This document shows, in pieces, positions 37,111-51,355 of a stretch of 64,000 bases of DNA (the first letter of the stretch is position 1; every line of letters starts with the position of its first letter). Under the pieces are notes generated by a model. The model did not search any database, was not told the origin of the DNA, and saw only the letters and a program-made list of their open reading frames with translations. A program made the translations under genes and the position numbers. The stretch lies in the NCBI GenBank assembly GCA_030390025.1, contig CM059426.1:200942001-201006000 (forward strand). Direction: 5' to 3'. This DNA comes from Squalus acanthias. Taxonomy: Eukaryota.

Positions 37111-38310
37111 TTTTTCTTTTTTTCATGTACACGCATTGCAATGAAGAATCTCCAGCAGAAAAAAAACCCATATTATATTCACTGCACACCAGCCTACTGA
37201 AAAATGACGCACTCAAGGTACCTTGTGGTATCTGCGCTGCTTTGAAGGATGGTTGGTATTACTAGTCACATCGGGGCAGGCGTCTGTAATGGCAAGATCC
37301 GCAGCCCCCTTTTTAAAAGCTCTAGATAGTGCTTGCTGTATGGGTTTTGTACTCCCGCAGTCACGCTGATACTCCCCACAAGTTGCAGCTGAAAAGGCAT
37401 TTTTGAAATGAACGGGCAACGGAACAAAATATTGCGTGGGCTGCGTGAGTCACAAGGCTTTCACCTGGGCACACCTGAGGCGGCGTAGGTGCAGTACGAA
37501 GCGCTCTCTGAGATATTGTCTTGGCAACAACATTTTTTTTTTCAAAGGTTGTCCAGTGCTTAGCTACAACTTTATCTCCGGGTATGAGTATTGCTATCTA
37601 AAGAAATTGCTGATGACAGAGAAGGATTATCTTTAATCTGTCTCAAACTGCTTTGCAGCTTCTCCGAGGTAACGTTTTAACTCGCATAATAGCCACATCA
37701 GACCTTTCAGACTCGGCAGATGATTTCAACTCTCCACCGAAACACCAGGATTCAATTCAAAGAGGAATCTGATGGCTCGGGTTTAAATACAATATTTATG
37801 GATTGCCTGCAATGCTGCCTCAGACTGGGATAGCACACTGAATACCAATGGAGCCAGTTTAAAACAAATCTATTCAAATCACATTGAAAAAAGGTAGCTA
37901 TTTCAGCCTTTTTATAGTCTGAACATAGAATATGTTCCGTATCGATAGGTCTACTGAGGGATTAAAACTTGAAGAGCTAAGTCTTATCACCAACTGCGGG
38001 GGTGGCCTTGGTGATGTCTGGAGTACAAGATAGCCCATAATTACTCATATCCTTTTGGCCCCAATGTTATCTAATTTTAAGACTTCAACATGAACGTTCA
38101 AATTGTAAAGGAAAAAAGATCATTCAGTTACACAGTCACGTCAGAGAATTATGGAGATCCAGTTGGTGCTGGGGTGGTGTCTGCCTAGTGAATTTACCAA
38201 TACCTAAGCGTTTAATGGAGTTGTCTTCATGTTAAACCATCACACAATGAATATGGAAGACACCTTACTCACTACACACACTGAGCAACACAATGTCCTG
38301 GAGATACCGC

Positions 38311-38445
38311 CGGTGAAATCCGTCTCGGCCGGTAGTGCAAGGCGGGTGATGGCGAATCGCCATTGAAGTCAATGGAAAAGAAAGTAGGGCGGGGGGTGTA
38401 AAATGGGCGGCCGGATCGCGCCACTGCCCAAGATGGATTTCACCC
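38311..38445. mobile_element. Short palindromic MITE
   Basis: ggtgaaatccgtct / agatggatttcacc; central ccattgaagtcaatgg palindrome. Confidence 0.6.
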
Positions 38446-40408
38446 TCACTCGGTCCAATCGGGAAAAGGTCGAACGAAGCAAGTGATTCAACTAACCTGA
38501 GAAACGTGCGCTCATACCTGATAAAAGATCATACTCCCTTCCTAATGACAACTGCCCACTAATTGTATGAATGAATGCTCCGGTGTCTGAGGGCTGGAAT
38601 CAGAGCTGATTGAAGCATTTCATTCTATAATCAGCACCAGGCATGCCCGTGCTGTCACTCTCCCCTGCCCCCTCCCTGCACCAAAACACTGGAGCCGTTA
38701 AGTCTTTCGGCCACATGTGGTCAAAGTGGTGTCAAGCTCAGTTTAGTATATCGAACACCGAATATATAATTGTCTATTATCAAGCACTCCACCTTTGACC
38801 TCAATCTTTTGCTTCATGCGCAGCGCATCTTAAACACTAAAAGGGCCTCCTTTGCTCTCAGCATTATGCCAACCTTGCCACTGTCTAAGGGGAGCTGTGG
38901 GCGAAGGATTGTCGCCAGCATTCCTGTTGGAAAGTGTCTCCGAGACAGGGTTCAATGTCACTTACAGCGAAATCAAGAGCAGTAGTAAAAAAAAAAGTGC
39001 TGTGTGTGACTGGAAGGGGTTATTTGTCTAAATGTGCTGCACACGGAGACACGAGATCAGCTCCATTTCAGTAACACGGGTAATTTGCTGAGCTGCACGG
39101 TAATATATTACAGTAGGTGAGACAACAGATCGTCCTTCTGATAGTGGGCCACAGAGCCAGCAAGGTCGCAGCTACTTCCTTTACCCGCCACCCCACCACC
39201 ACTCCCCTCCCCCAACCCCCCGATAAACCACAAATGATCTTGAGACGCATTTGGCTTCTAGATTTCTGACTGCGCCAGACTATTATATTGCAGCTCAGAT
39301 GAGCTGACATTGACCTTTCCAGTTCTGTTTTTGGAATAAAGTAAATGCAAATCAATAGATGGAGAATATATACCTATCCAGGAAAAGTAACAAGGGCCAT
39401 CATGACACTGCAGATATCCTTCTGCAGTAAGACGAGACGCAGTCTAAACAGAACCGAGGTTGGTCACTTGGATCAGCTTGTCTGGGGGGTGGCTGGAGGT
39501 GTCTCCGAGGAAACTGGTAGCGCAATTCAAAGAACATGAGGATCTAGCCAGGTTACCAGCTAGCTGTACTGAGATTTAACCAGTCCAATCAAATCCAAGT
39601 CAAATCAGAGGCTTTCCTGGTTAAGATTTGGCTCATTTAAAATTAAATACCTCGACAGTACATTAGAGAGCTCTCATATACAATCCGTAAAAGAAGAGAA
39701 TAGTCGGAAATCCTCCTGCTCTCAAACAAGGCTACACCTGCGGAAGAGTGGGAAGGGGCCTGTGTACACTTAACCTAACCATTCCGGCCAACAATTAGAC
39801 CAATTCAGTCAAGTGTCTCCATTACTACTTGCTTGTGCGGGTCTGTTTTTTCAACCTTTAAACAGGGTTGCGACGGAAATAAGGAGGAGGAAAGCAGGAA
39901 GAGAGGGAGGTTGTGAGTAGATTTTAAAGACAATTAATAACTGATGGATCTGCGCAATCATCTCATTACCGTTTCCCAGCTCCGAGCATTGAGAAAATCG
40001 GACTGAATGAAGTTAATGAAAGAGCAAGGGGAGTGGAGAGAACAAAACACACAAGCACAGTGGATGAATGGGCCACTTACTTAACATTACATGTTCTGGT
40101 ACAACATATTTTTAAAACTGATTGGTCGCTACCACATTACCTGCTGAGCATTCAAGCCCAGACGGAGAGTGCAATTAAAAAAAAGGAATAAAATGGAGAC
40201 ACGAGCTTGCCCCCTTCCCACCCGAGTATAATAAAAGCTTCATTAGTTTGAATGCTTTGGTAGCAATTTTCACACTATATATCGCAACATCATGCTGGGC
40301 CTGAAGGAAATGAGCAGCTATTTCTATCGTGTATTCCACATCACTGTAAAAAGAGATCTGATGACCGAAAGGGCTGCTGTCTTCCCTGACGGAAAAGAAA
40401 ATCTACAA

Positions 40409-40655
40409 CATAGAATAAAATCATGCAGCACAGAAGGAGGTCATTCGGCCCATCGTGTCTGTGCCGGCTCTCTGAAATTGCTAATCAATGAGTTCCACTC
40501 CCCTGCTCTTTCCCCATAGCCCTGCAAATATTTCCTTTTTAAGTAGAGATCCAATTCCCATTTGAATGTTATTATTGAATCTGCTTCCACCGCCCTTGCA
40601 GGCAGCGCATTCCAGATCACAACAACTCGCTGCGTAAAAAGAATCTCCTCATCTT
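40409..40655 (-). mobile_element. CR1 3' fragment
   Basis: FTQRVVVIWNALPARAVEADSIITFKWELDLYLKRK. Confidence 0.75.
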
Positions 40656-41844
40656 CCCCTTGGCCAATAACACAAATTATCCTCATTACCACCCTTCAAA
40701 CATTGATGTCCCTCTTCTGCTTCTAGTAAGCAATGTATTGCATGGTTAATTTTTTATGGGGTGTTTCTGGGGTCGGTTCGGTGTTTTTCCTCAATGTTTT
40801 TAGTGAATTTTGTGCTCATTAAAGTTCCTGGCAAATTGAACGCTTCCCATTTCAGGCAACCAGTGTCAGCATCAAGGACTCTCAGGTACAGCAAGGTTAG
40901 ATGTCGAATAAGGCTCTCTCTACGCTGTCCCAATAACGTGCCTCGATCCCAACCTCAGAAGAGCATTCCCTACTGCACCAATGCTACAGCATTTTTCCCA
41001 TTTCCCACATCAACCACCCTGTGGCCTGCGTCAGATTGCTAATTTGTGGGTGGCATTGTGCTGTGGGCCCCACGCTCGCGAGGAACTGGGACCAGATGGC
41101 CCAAACTCAATTCAGATTAGAACCCTTCCAGCCAGTAGTCTTGGCAAAGAATCTGTTCAAGTTAAGGTGGTACTGGGTATACGTTCATCGAGTGATTGGA
41201 ATATGGGCTTGGGCCTATGATCTCAACTAGGTCAATGATGCTAACCGATTCTGGCGCTTCTGAGATTGCAATCAAGGCACATTATTGGACCAAACTAGAA
41301 GGAGCTTTCACATGGTCAGTAACACTCTCAAAATTTCTCAAAGTGGGGGGGGGGTGGGAGGGGGAAAAATAGTCAACTCAGGCCAGTCACACAGCTCCTA
41401 GAGGACAGACACAGAGCAGCATTGCTTAATATCTCAAGAGATGGTCTGTCTTCCTGGCTGTAGAACAGGACAGGCGGCAAAAAAGAAAATGAGAGAACAG
41501 GTATAAAACTGAAGAGCAATGAAGGTTCTGGGCTCTGAAATGATGGTGCATGATACGAGTGTACGCATACTTCACACATTCATCTGAACTTCCTCCGCGC
41601 TAATTTGGCGGGTGTGTTTACAATAAACGGGCCAACGAATCACTAAAATAGCAGAGAGAGGAACTTGAGTTGAATACATTGAGCGTCTGTGCACTCATCT
41701 CCCACGTTGTCATTTCAGGCTTGTTCTCGTCAAGTCGTTTGTAAGAATGTTATGAACCCCTGTCTAAATATTTCACTACAAATAGCGAACAAAGGAAATC
41801 TTCCTCCTTTAAGGAGTAAATGTTCAATGTTTCTGAAAAAATTG

Positions 41845-42098
41845 TTCTTGGGGTGTGGGCAATACTGGCAAAGTTGTATTTATAGGCCATCCCCAATAGC
41901 CCTAGGGCATTACGAGTCAACTACACAGCTGGGTAGGGGTGGCAGGTTCCCTTCCCTGAAGGACATTAGGGAACAAGTTGGGTTTCCATGACAATGAAGC
42001 AGCTTTCATGGCCATTCTTTGGTGCCAGCCCACACGTTACCTGATTTTTGAGTTCAATCTCACAACTGGCTAGTCCAGTACCATAAGCACTGGGCTAA
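41845..42098 (-). mobile_element. Decayed copy of the 63600 SINE family
   Basis: ggcaggttcccttccctgaaggacattagggaac...ctagtccagtaccataagcact. Confidence 0.6.
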
Positions 42099-43099
42099 CG
42101 TACTCACAAGAAACTGATAATCTATTGACTTACATGTCGATACAGCTGCACAATTTGCTTACGTTGTATTTGCAGGAGAACACACTGATGCAGTAAATCT
42201 GAGGGCATAGTCGAACATGTGGAGTTAATGGAGAGAAATCGGGCGGGCCCTTTACCAGCATGCTCTCTGACACGCCCGATTTCCCAATATTTGCTGTGCC
42301 CAAGCAATCCAGCATGCCTGGCACAGACCCAGCGAAATCGCCCATCAGGTTCACTTCTCTACAGCTGAAATGAAATAGCAAAGGCTCTGCTTACTCATTT
42401 CACCGTAGGCTTTTATGATAAAGATTAAAACAAAAAAAAATACACCCTTATATATCAAATAACTGCTTGAAGAAACATTCTTAATGAGATGCATGACTCA
42501 TTCAACCTCACACAGTCTATAGATTTCCTTGCAGATCTCTCCAAGATTCAGAAGGTTACAGCACATTTAGTATCGGCCGTAGGAGGGGTTCTTCATAGGT
42601 CACTCATCCAGAGACAGATGTAAAGGTTTACAGTCAGCTTCTTGCTCTCTCTTGCAACCCTTAGCAGCAGAACACAGAGGCACCCGTCGCCCCCCCCGAG
42701 CATCTTCAACAGATTGTAGCCACTGGCACTGTGTCAGCCCTCTGTTGGTGAGGTAGGGACATGCTAGTTAATCTGGTGGTCAGGTGAGGAAAATCTAATA
42801 GCTTCTTCTTCTTCTTCTTCTCTTCCATGCCTATCAGCACATGAGAAAACCTACATCTTCCACTGTTTTACATCCGGCAGATTGAGCTCTGGGTTGTTTT
42901 TGTAATGAAGTCCCTTATTATGTGAACAGGTTGTTAGCCTGACTCTTAACTCCGAACCAGGAGAACTGGCTGGATACGATGGGGGGGAGGGGGGGGGGCG
43001 TTGGGGGAGGGCCACGCCACACCCACGGGGCACGAGTACCTTGCTGAATGTCAACCAGTATTCAGAGACCAGAACTCTTGCTTCAGTTCGCCAGGACTG

Positions 43100-43168
43100 T
43101 CTGGAGTAGAGTTCGAACCCATAACCTTCCAACTCAGAGGCGAGACTTCTACCACTGAGCCAAGGCTC
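43100..43168 (-). mobile_element. tRNA-like SINE head fragment
   Basis: Reverse complement ggctcagtggtagaagtctcgcctctgagttggaaggttatgggttcgaactc; resembles the 47828 head. Confidence 0.5.
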
Positions 43169-46100
43169 GCCCTCTTCACCCCTAATTTATTAGATTATGT
43201 TAAGACAACAATGGAGGGTCTGATTTATATGTGGGTTTTTTTTTAAACAAAGATTTTCAGGGATACTTGCCTTTGTCTTCAGGACAAAATGACTAAAGGA
43301 TGAAACTCCTCACTCATTATCTATCTCTCTTGCTCTGGTATCTGTAAATGGTCCAAAGTGAAATTTGTTTCTCTGCTCTCCCACCCAGTTCCGAGTGGGG
43401 ACAAAGGCCCACAGCACAATCCCACACGACATTCCGCACAAATAGGGTTAACATAAGCCCTGCCTCGTTGTTCCCAGTGCACCCTGGAAGCACAATTCGA
43501 GTACGTCTATCTCGTGATTTGGCCATCCCTTCATTTCAATGGGATGGAAAATCACGGGCTGCGGCCGCACAATTTTGTGGCCTGCATGTCATTTAGGAAC
43601 GGGACCACAGAAGCAGAATTTCTACCCCTGAACTGACGGTCTGACCCAGAGAGGCTGTAAGGAAACTGGAAAGATCCTTCACTTTGATGGGCACAGATAT
43701 TTACCAATTGGAAAATCCACTTCCATTATACTGGCAATGCCCGTTCAATAGTAGTGCCAGGCTTCAATCTAGATAAGCAATGATAAACGTTTGTGCCACT
43801 TGTAATGGGCATTCCCACTGGTATCAGGCTCTCACAGAGCTTTATCCATGCACTATAGATACCACCAATGACTCACTCTTTTACTAGATGGCTGTAAATG
43901 GAAGAAGATTCAGCTTTTGAAAGCAATAGTTTTAAAGGGTAAACAGCAACCCCATTCCTTAGACACGGTCGCACTGGAAAGCATTCCAAGGAGTTGGAGC
44001 TGGTGTTAAGGTCACTATGGTGCCCATTTGGAAATGGCTTTGCAGTATCAGCAACCCGAGACTGCTCCAAAACAGGCGATCTAACAGTTCAGAGTAATGC
44101 GGAGGCAAGGCCCTTAGTTTTGTGCTGTGTAGGAAGTGGGGGAGCTCGCATCTACCATTTGAAAATCAGCAATGAAACACGTGTGCGCCACTTGCACTAG
44201 GCTTTCTCAGTCAAGAGTCGGGTTGGCTCCAGGGAGGCTGCTTGAGAAACATACTTGGATGGTGAACTGGAATAACTGACCTTTGAGTCTCATGCCACAT
44301 CTTGTGTCCCATCTATACTGTAGAACCACTTCCAACAGATATCAGCATTGGGAAAGAGTCCATATGGATTAGCAATTGACAGCTGAGTTGTGGGTCGGTA
44401 TGGCCAGGTTGAAGAGTCACTGCTGCCAGTGGTTATCATTCACATTTACCGCTGGTGGTGTTTTGTTCCCTGAGGTAGGTACGCTGTCTCATTTATTTAA
44501 CAGTACTGTCTCTGAAGATCTGCATCCAGGGGCAGTGTTGTAATATGAATTAAGTGTTAGTCCGAGACTGTCAAGTACTGTAATCAACTCCAGCAATACA
44601 TGCCAGTGTTAAATTAGCTGATGGTAATTGCTTTTTTAAATTTTACCTGGTCGGTAGGTCTTTTATTTTTCTAATCATTGGCCAATCACCTTTTTTTCCC
44701 CCAACATGACTATGTGACCTTTTGGTTAGATGCTATCAAATGCCGTGGTCATTTAAGAAAACGACTGTGAGCAGTCACTTGGCAATGGCAATTGTAACTG
44801 GAGTGATTATTCAAGACAGTAATTGTACCAGGATTAAAAGTTAACAGATAGATAGGAACTGGGCAGCACACTGGGAAACAAGCTGGGAACCTCAGTCGAA
44901 TATAAACCAGAAGTGCTTCAGGATTGTAAGAGGCCTCAGACTGGAACGCAAAGGTATCTCCGGGGAGCTGCTCCGAAAACTCAGTTGCAACACGAGGCCA
45001 GCGAAAGCCCAAAGCCCACAACAAGGCTCTCTGTGCCCATCCATTTCTGGGCACAGTAGCTGTTTGAACCGTGTGCAGAAATACACAGAACCTCTCTCAA
45101 ACGGAAAATGGTTTCCTCACAGAACCAGCCACCGAAAGAAGCATTTTCCGCGGTCATTTCACGTTGCTGAGGAGGAGTCTTATTTATAAAGGAAATGTTA
45201 ACCTTACATGATTGTCTCGTATAATTGGTGCTATTTCAGGTGCAATGCTAAGCAGAAACCCGCCTTCCACTCTACTGGAACCTGAAGAAAAACAAAGCTT
45301 AGCTCGGGCCGCCTGCCGAGGGGCTCAAACCTTTACAATCGTCGGGTTCACCATCAGCAGAAATTCACATTAGCGGTTCTCCAGTCCATGTTGCCGTGGC
45401 AATAGGTTTATTCAAGCGATGGGCCTTGGCGGGTAGCGTAGCACCCAGGGCTTGGGTTGGAAGGGAGACAGTTCAAGTCATGTGCACATCATTGTCATGA
45501 TCACAAGTCGAGTTGGTGGAGCTGGGAGCTGGGGTTTAAGGTCAGTGGAACCGTTTCTCTCCAGTTCCAGATTTTGCCAAGTCTCGGTAAACAAACGCAA
45601 GATGGTCTTCTACAGGATGGCACTCGGAGGCAACGCTCCTTGACTGTTACAACCACCACTCTTGAGGACACCCAGAATGGGAGGAGATTGCTACAGCTCA
45701 GCCTGGGAGAGGACATCTGTGGCAGTGAAGGCCAGACACACACACACACAATCAGGCTAACATTGTGTTTTAAACAATAAAAGAGGACCAAACAGAATCA
45801 ACAACTTTATTTTTCACCACCCGCCCCCTTCCAATGAAAAGGTGATTAAACATTAACAGCAGCCTGGGATTGCGGAGTACTAGCAGCTGTAAGACACTGA
45901 TGTCCACAGGGGCTTAGACACCTGCAAGTGGTGTGGGAGTTCATATTATTAACCTCCATTGTCTCTGTTGACATTCTCTGTCATAGGCTGGGACAGGAGT
46001 TCCAGGATTTAAAGTGAGTGTTCCATCGAATTGATTTTTAGACTGTAAGCTTTAAGCTTCATTACAGGTCGATGTGGATTTCTCAGTTCATTTAGCCCGA

Positions 46101-46712
46101 CACTGAGGAAACCTTCATTTATTTTTTTCGATGTACAGAACTTATCTAACTTCACGTGCCCGCCTGCCTGCTTTCGGTGGCGATGACAGGAGGAAGAGGC
46201 AGGACAGACGGGATGGCGTGGGGGGCTCCTAAATTTCCCCGGCACCACCCCCGCCCCCCGCTCCGTTGCCCCCGACACACACTGTGCGACTGCAGGCAGC
46301 ACTGTTCGGAGCAGGCCAGGACTAATTCCTGACGGAGGTGGGGCCCAATGGCTTGTTTTGGATTAGCTGTGCTCCCTGCGGTAGCCAATCACGGGGGAAG
46401 GGGTGGAGAGCGGCAAATTTGAATTCTGGACTTTCCCGCTCATCTTCCTTTAAACTTGGTCCAGTTTGTCTGATCTCCTGCAGCAAGGCCCTGCAGTGAA
46501 GTTCCTCCATCTCCCTTTCCGTGAAATATGAAACCTAGGGTTCGGAGATGGACAACGTTGAGGTCGGTTAATTGATGGAATTACAGCGGTTCAACGGCCC
46601 TCCAAGAATTTTGGGATTGGGCTTTAAATGTAGTTATCAATTCCTTATCCTGACGTTGTTCCAATTTTTTTTTTAAATGTTGCCTCATGCCCAACAGTCT
46701 GAGCATCTAGTA

Positions 46713-47131
46713 CAGGAAACGTTCGTTTATCCGGCATCGACGGGACCGGCGTGGTGCCGGTTTATCGAAAGTACCGGATAACAGAGAGTTATATCTACCG
46801 AGGCTATTTTTAACAAAGAGACTCCAAGCAGCACGGGAGAATCTACTCCTGCTACTGCAGTGTTTCGGACTTCCGACAGCGCCAGGAGGCCGAGTAGTGG
46901 CACTTTTGAAAAGTACCCCATCTGACTAAATCGGCGTTCTTGGACTCGGACTCGGGTTCGGCAACATTGCCGGTTATTTGAGAGGATTTTTCGGAGCACT
47001 CGGCGTTCGCGGAGACTCGACTGCAACTCGGCAACATTGCCGGTTATTTGAGAGGAGTTTTCGGAGGATGATTTTTGCCGGTTAAGCGAGAATTCCGGAT
47101 ATTTGGGTGCCGGATAAACGAAAGTTTCCTG
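46713..47131. mobile_element. Non-autonomous Tc1/mariner (Tigger/pogo-like) MITE
   Basis: 24-bp TIR caggaaacgttcgtttatccggca / tgccggataaacgaaagtttcctg (1 mismatch), TA flanks; left arm homologous to the 51464 element. Confidence 0.85.
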
Positions 47132-47391
47132 TATTTGGCCGATGACATCACTTCCCTATCATTAGCCAAGCCTCATCCTCAGGGCGGACTGTGCTTGTAC
47201 ACAAGTTCGGCACCATTCTGTTTCTGGTCAGAGCTGCCCGCTGGGGGCTGTTGTGTAAGCTGGATTATACCCACAGTGAACTGCACAGGCAACACACGCG
47301 GCAGCCCACAGGTTACGCACAAGAGGCAGCTCGACGCGGTGAAATCAAACAGCATAAAATCACCAACGCGCTAACGTTTCCCTGCTTTCAA

Positions 47392-47828
47392 AAGGAAGAC
47401 TTGCTTTTATAGAGCGCCTTTCATGACCTCAGGTCGCTCCAAAGCGCTTTGCAGCCAAAGTGCTTGTTTTTGATGTCTACGCGGCGACCAATTGGTGCAC
47501 AGCAAGATCCCACAAGCGTCAATGTGATAATCACCAGATAATCTGTTTTACCGATGTTGGTTGAGGGATACACGTTGGCCAGGCCACCGGGGAGAACTCC
47601 CCAGGCTCTTCTTCAGGAAAGTGCCGTGGGATCTTTTACGCCCCACCTGAGAGGGCAAAGGGGCCCCAGTTTAACTTCTCATCCCAAAGACAGCACCTCC
47701 GACAGCGCAGCAATCCCTCAGTACTGAATTGGAGTGTCAGCCTGGATAATGTGCTCAAGTGTCCGGAGTGGGAGTTAAACCCACGACCTTCTGACTCAGA
47801 GGCGAGAGTGCTACCCACTGAGCCACTA
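47392..47828 (-). mobile_element. Near full-length DeuSINE-type tRNA SINE (SacSINE1-like) with L2-like tail
   Basis: Head gtggctcagtgggtagcactctcgcctctgagtcagaagg; Deu-domain-like gatgagaagttaaac...aaagatcccacggcact; L2-type tail. Confidence 0.75.
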
Positions 47829-48879
47829 AAATGAGTGATGTAAATATAAATGCAGGCTGTTGCTTTTGCTCACATATGACGATCCAAATGCCCCACATTT
47901 CAGAGGATGAGTTCTGGTGTCCAGTGAGGAAGATGCAGAAATTACCAGATGGAAGAATAAAGACCAACGAGGAGTTTTTAATTTCCTAAATGTGCTTTGT
48001 GGCATGCAAAAACGACTCATGGATTGAATGAAAGGCTCGGATTGTGCAGCAACTCTCTAGACGAGATTAAACCTTTCCGGTAAATAGTATTCGCAGGGTT
48101 GCACGGAACAGGTGGCAGCGAGCGATTGATTTTTCCAAGAAGAAAAATAAATAAATCCTAGTATTTTTCTGTACTGATGGGAGGAGGAGAGGTCAAAGTG
48201 CATGACCTGGAAGCAGAGTGCGACAGCAGAGCTCGCTGTCCTGCTGTGGCTCGCCATCTACACACTCGGCCTGTGAACGTTCAATATCAGAATGAGAGCA
48301 CGTCAGCTGTGATCACCAGCAAATGGCACATAAATCTTGCATGGACAGTGGTGCAGCTCTGTTCCGCGAGGGAGGAGCCAAGACTGCATTAGAGATGCGG
48401 ATCTATTAAACCAGTGCACATCACTTCCAATGGACGCAGCAGCCTCTGTACTCAATCAGGCGGGCTAACCTCTAAACACAGAGCCAGCGGGGCAAGAGCA
48501 AGTGCCCTTTTTAATTAGAGCACAGTCACTCAAGAGGGTTGGATATATTACTCAACAGCTGGCCCTCCACTCTTCTCACCCAAGAAGATAGCCACAGCTA
48601 ATGGTCTCAACACTTTAGGTATTATCATTAAAATTAGAGTGGCTACTAACGTGAGGCTACTGGAGCTTGACTCTGTGGGCTTTTGAGCCTTCCAATAATG
48701 TTAGATTCAAACCAAATTCATTGTTCAAATACTTCATTTGAAGGAAGAAACAAGAAATTAAAACCCCCACCCCTCCGACAGCTGGCAGCTGTCCTTCATT
48801 CCGCCAGCGCATTTCACACTTCATCGAGCCTCAACCTGTCACATTACCACCTCCTCTTGCCTTGAATATCTCTTAATGT

Positions 48880-49142
48880 CTCTCAATGTCTCTTAATCTC
48901 TCCTGCTTTCTATCCTACCCCTGACCTTCCCTTTTTTGTTCTTTCATCACCTCCCCCTTTTCCCAGCATTGTACTTGCTTTAAATCTATTTCATTTCCTG
49001 CTTTTTTCCAGTTCTGACGAAAGGTCTTCGACCTGAAACGTTAACTCTGTTTCTCTCTCTCCACGGATGCTGCCTGGCCTGCTGAGTTTTTCCAGCCCTT
49101 TCTGTTGTTATTTCGGATTTCCAGCATCCGCAGTATTTTGCT
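48880..49142 (+). mobile_element. Penelope-like repeat fragment
   Basis: ttctgacgaaaggtc...gatgctgcctggcctgctgagtttttccagc...gatttccagcatccgcagtattttgct, shared with other copies in the window. Confidence 0.55.
49010..49046 (+). ncRNA. Minimal hammerhead ribozyme motif in Penelope-like fragment
   Basis: agtt-CTGACGA-a-aggtc(ttc)gacct-GAAA-cg-TT-aact. Confidence 0.5.
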
Positions 49143-49235
49143 ATCGAAATAACGCCGCATTCTTGCAATAGATTCCAATTCCTTTACGAATCAATATTAA
49201 ATTATTCGATGTATTGGGAGAGCGCAAGTGAGAAA

Positions 49236-49274
<39 letters not shown>

Positions 49275-51207
49275 ATGATAGAGCAAAATAAAGGGGGTAA
49301 GAGAGTGCAAGAAGTAATGAGCAGGAGAAATGAACTGAGAGAGCAAAGTTTAATATTCTGTTGATGAGACATGATCTGAGATCCGAGGGTAAACTTGACG
49401 AGTTCGTGCTGCCAGTATGGAGCATTGCTCGCTGGGGGTGTGTAGCGGGATTGCAGGCGTGGTGGCCCAAAAGGTTTTCATTCTACATATTGCCCTTTAC
49501 CCAGTGCTATGCCTGGGAGTGCAAATCCTCAAAATTCTGTCGATCTTTCTGGAAAGGGTTAATAGGAGCAGGAAGGTTGTGAAAGTGCATGTTCTTTCTT
49601 TCAGTGCTGATACTGCCTTCAACTGCCTAGCCTCCATGCTTTGGAATTCCCTCCCCCTAAGTCTCTCCACCGTATTCTTACTGACAAGGACATGGAGAAA
49701 TCCTGCACGGTCACACACACACACACAGCAGGCCTTTGCAGACATCCGATATTTCCATGAAAGGATGGAGGGGAAATCAGAAGTATCATCACCAAGCTCC
49801 TCATTTGTGTGGTCCTGCAGTCTGTTCAACAGGAGCAGATGTCCAAGAACATGTGCTCTGCCTAGCTCTCAGCTGCAGGTGTGGAGAGAAAAAAAGACCC
49901 TAATGTTTATAACCCTTAAACAGCATACCCAGGCCAATTTCAACTGAGTTAGAAGCCAGCAACAGCTATGCAGAGATTCAAATGATTGAATATTCAATGT
50001 TACTGATAAGCGTCGAAAATAGATGGTCTGTTCATAAATCGATGACTAGTTATATTGGTACATTCCAGCAGTACATCCCATGAAATAACCAACTGTCTTG
50101 ATTCTGAAGCTCGGTGTTTCTTGGCAGCTCTGAACCTTTGGGTTTAAAGGTTTGATTTGTGATTAAGTGAGCCCGTGTAGGCCTTCGGGCTGGTTTTAAT
50201 AGGCTGTTTGCTAAATATAGAAACTGTGATAGGTACACAGAAGGTCTGCTCACTCCCTGGCCATTATCAATACCGCCAAGATGTTTCACAAAAAAGCAGA
50301 CAGGCTGCAAAATTAAATAGCCCCTTTACCCTTTGCTCATTTCATTCAAGGTTGCAGCAGGTCATTCAGCTCCACAAGCAATGGATGACTTTGCGAGGAC
50401 TGTACTCTTTGTTGCTCACTCAATTTATTAGAAAGCCTTTGAGTATAGTGAACTAAGTCAGTTTACAGGAGATGGTTTTGGAACAGACGGTCCCAGATGG
50501 TCCTCCCGTAGTCACCGAATGGAATTCTGTTCTTGATGCAAGTCAGCAAGGGCATGGTTACACAGTACTTTCAAACGCTGTCTCCCTTTACTATATTCAG
50601 TGATGTGCTATTTATTTATCTCGCCCTAGTTTTCTTGTCCTGTGCAACCTCACTAGCCTGGGAGTGGGAGAGGGGAGTAGGTGTCCTAGTCCCTGGCTTC
50701 AGTCAGTGTTGCTCTATCACCAGACCCTAGGAGATGCAGGGGGGGGGGGGGGGTGAGGGGGATGAGGCAGAGGGTGTTACTCTTGCCAATTTCTTTACTT
50801 TTCCTCTCTGTGAGGAAGACTGCAGCTTCCACCTGACATGGCTGAACTTAGTATATTGGAAAACCACACTCGCCTGCTTCCTGATGTTGCACTCGAATTC
50901 CGCCTAGTGTTAAGGCTCGCGAGGTGCAGCAAACCTGGTGTGACCACTTCCCACCCGAGATCAAAAATGAAGGACTTTTTTTTTTAAAGAGATTTTTCCT
51001 ACATAATCCATTGGGTTAATAATTCACTTTATCTTGATAAAATTGAAGGAAATCAAAAGATCTGTGTCGCCGATACACGAGTCTTGAGCTTTGGGTACTG
51101 TGCTCACAAATGATGCTCCAACTGGGCATTAGAACATTGCTGTATTCACCCCTTCCTTCATAGTGCCGTGAAACAGTGATGAGGCATGGCGAGTACAGGG
51201 GAGAGAC

Positions 51208-51355
51208 AGAACATAGGAAGCAGGAGTAGGCCATTCAGCCCCTCGAGTCTGTTCTGCCATTCAATCAGATCCTGGCTGATCTGCACCTCAACTCCATTTA
51301 CCCACCTTTGCTCCATATCCTTTGATACCGTTACCCAACAAAAATCTATCGATCT
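51208..51355 (-). mobile_element. CR1 3' UTR fragment
   Basis: gaacataggaagcaggagtaggccattcagcccctcgag... Confidence 0.65.

Noticed and set aside
43100-43168. tRNA gene-like A/B boxes (also about 47760-47828 and 63605-63670)
   Set aside because: SINE heads; no complete cloverleaf.
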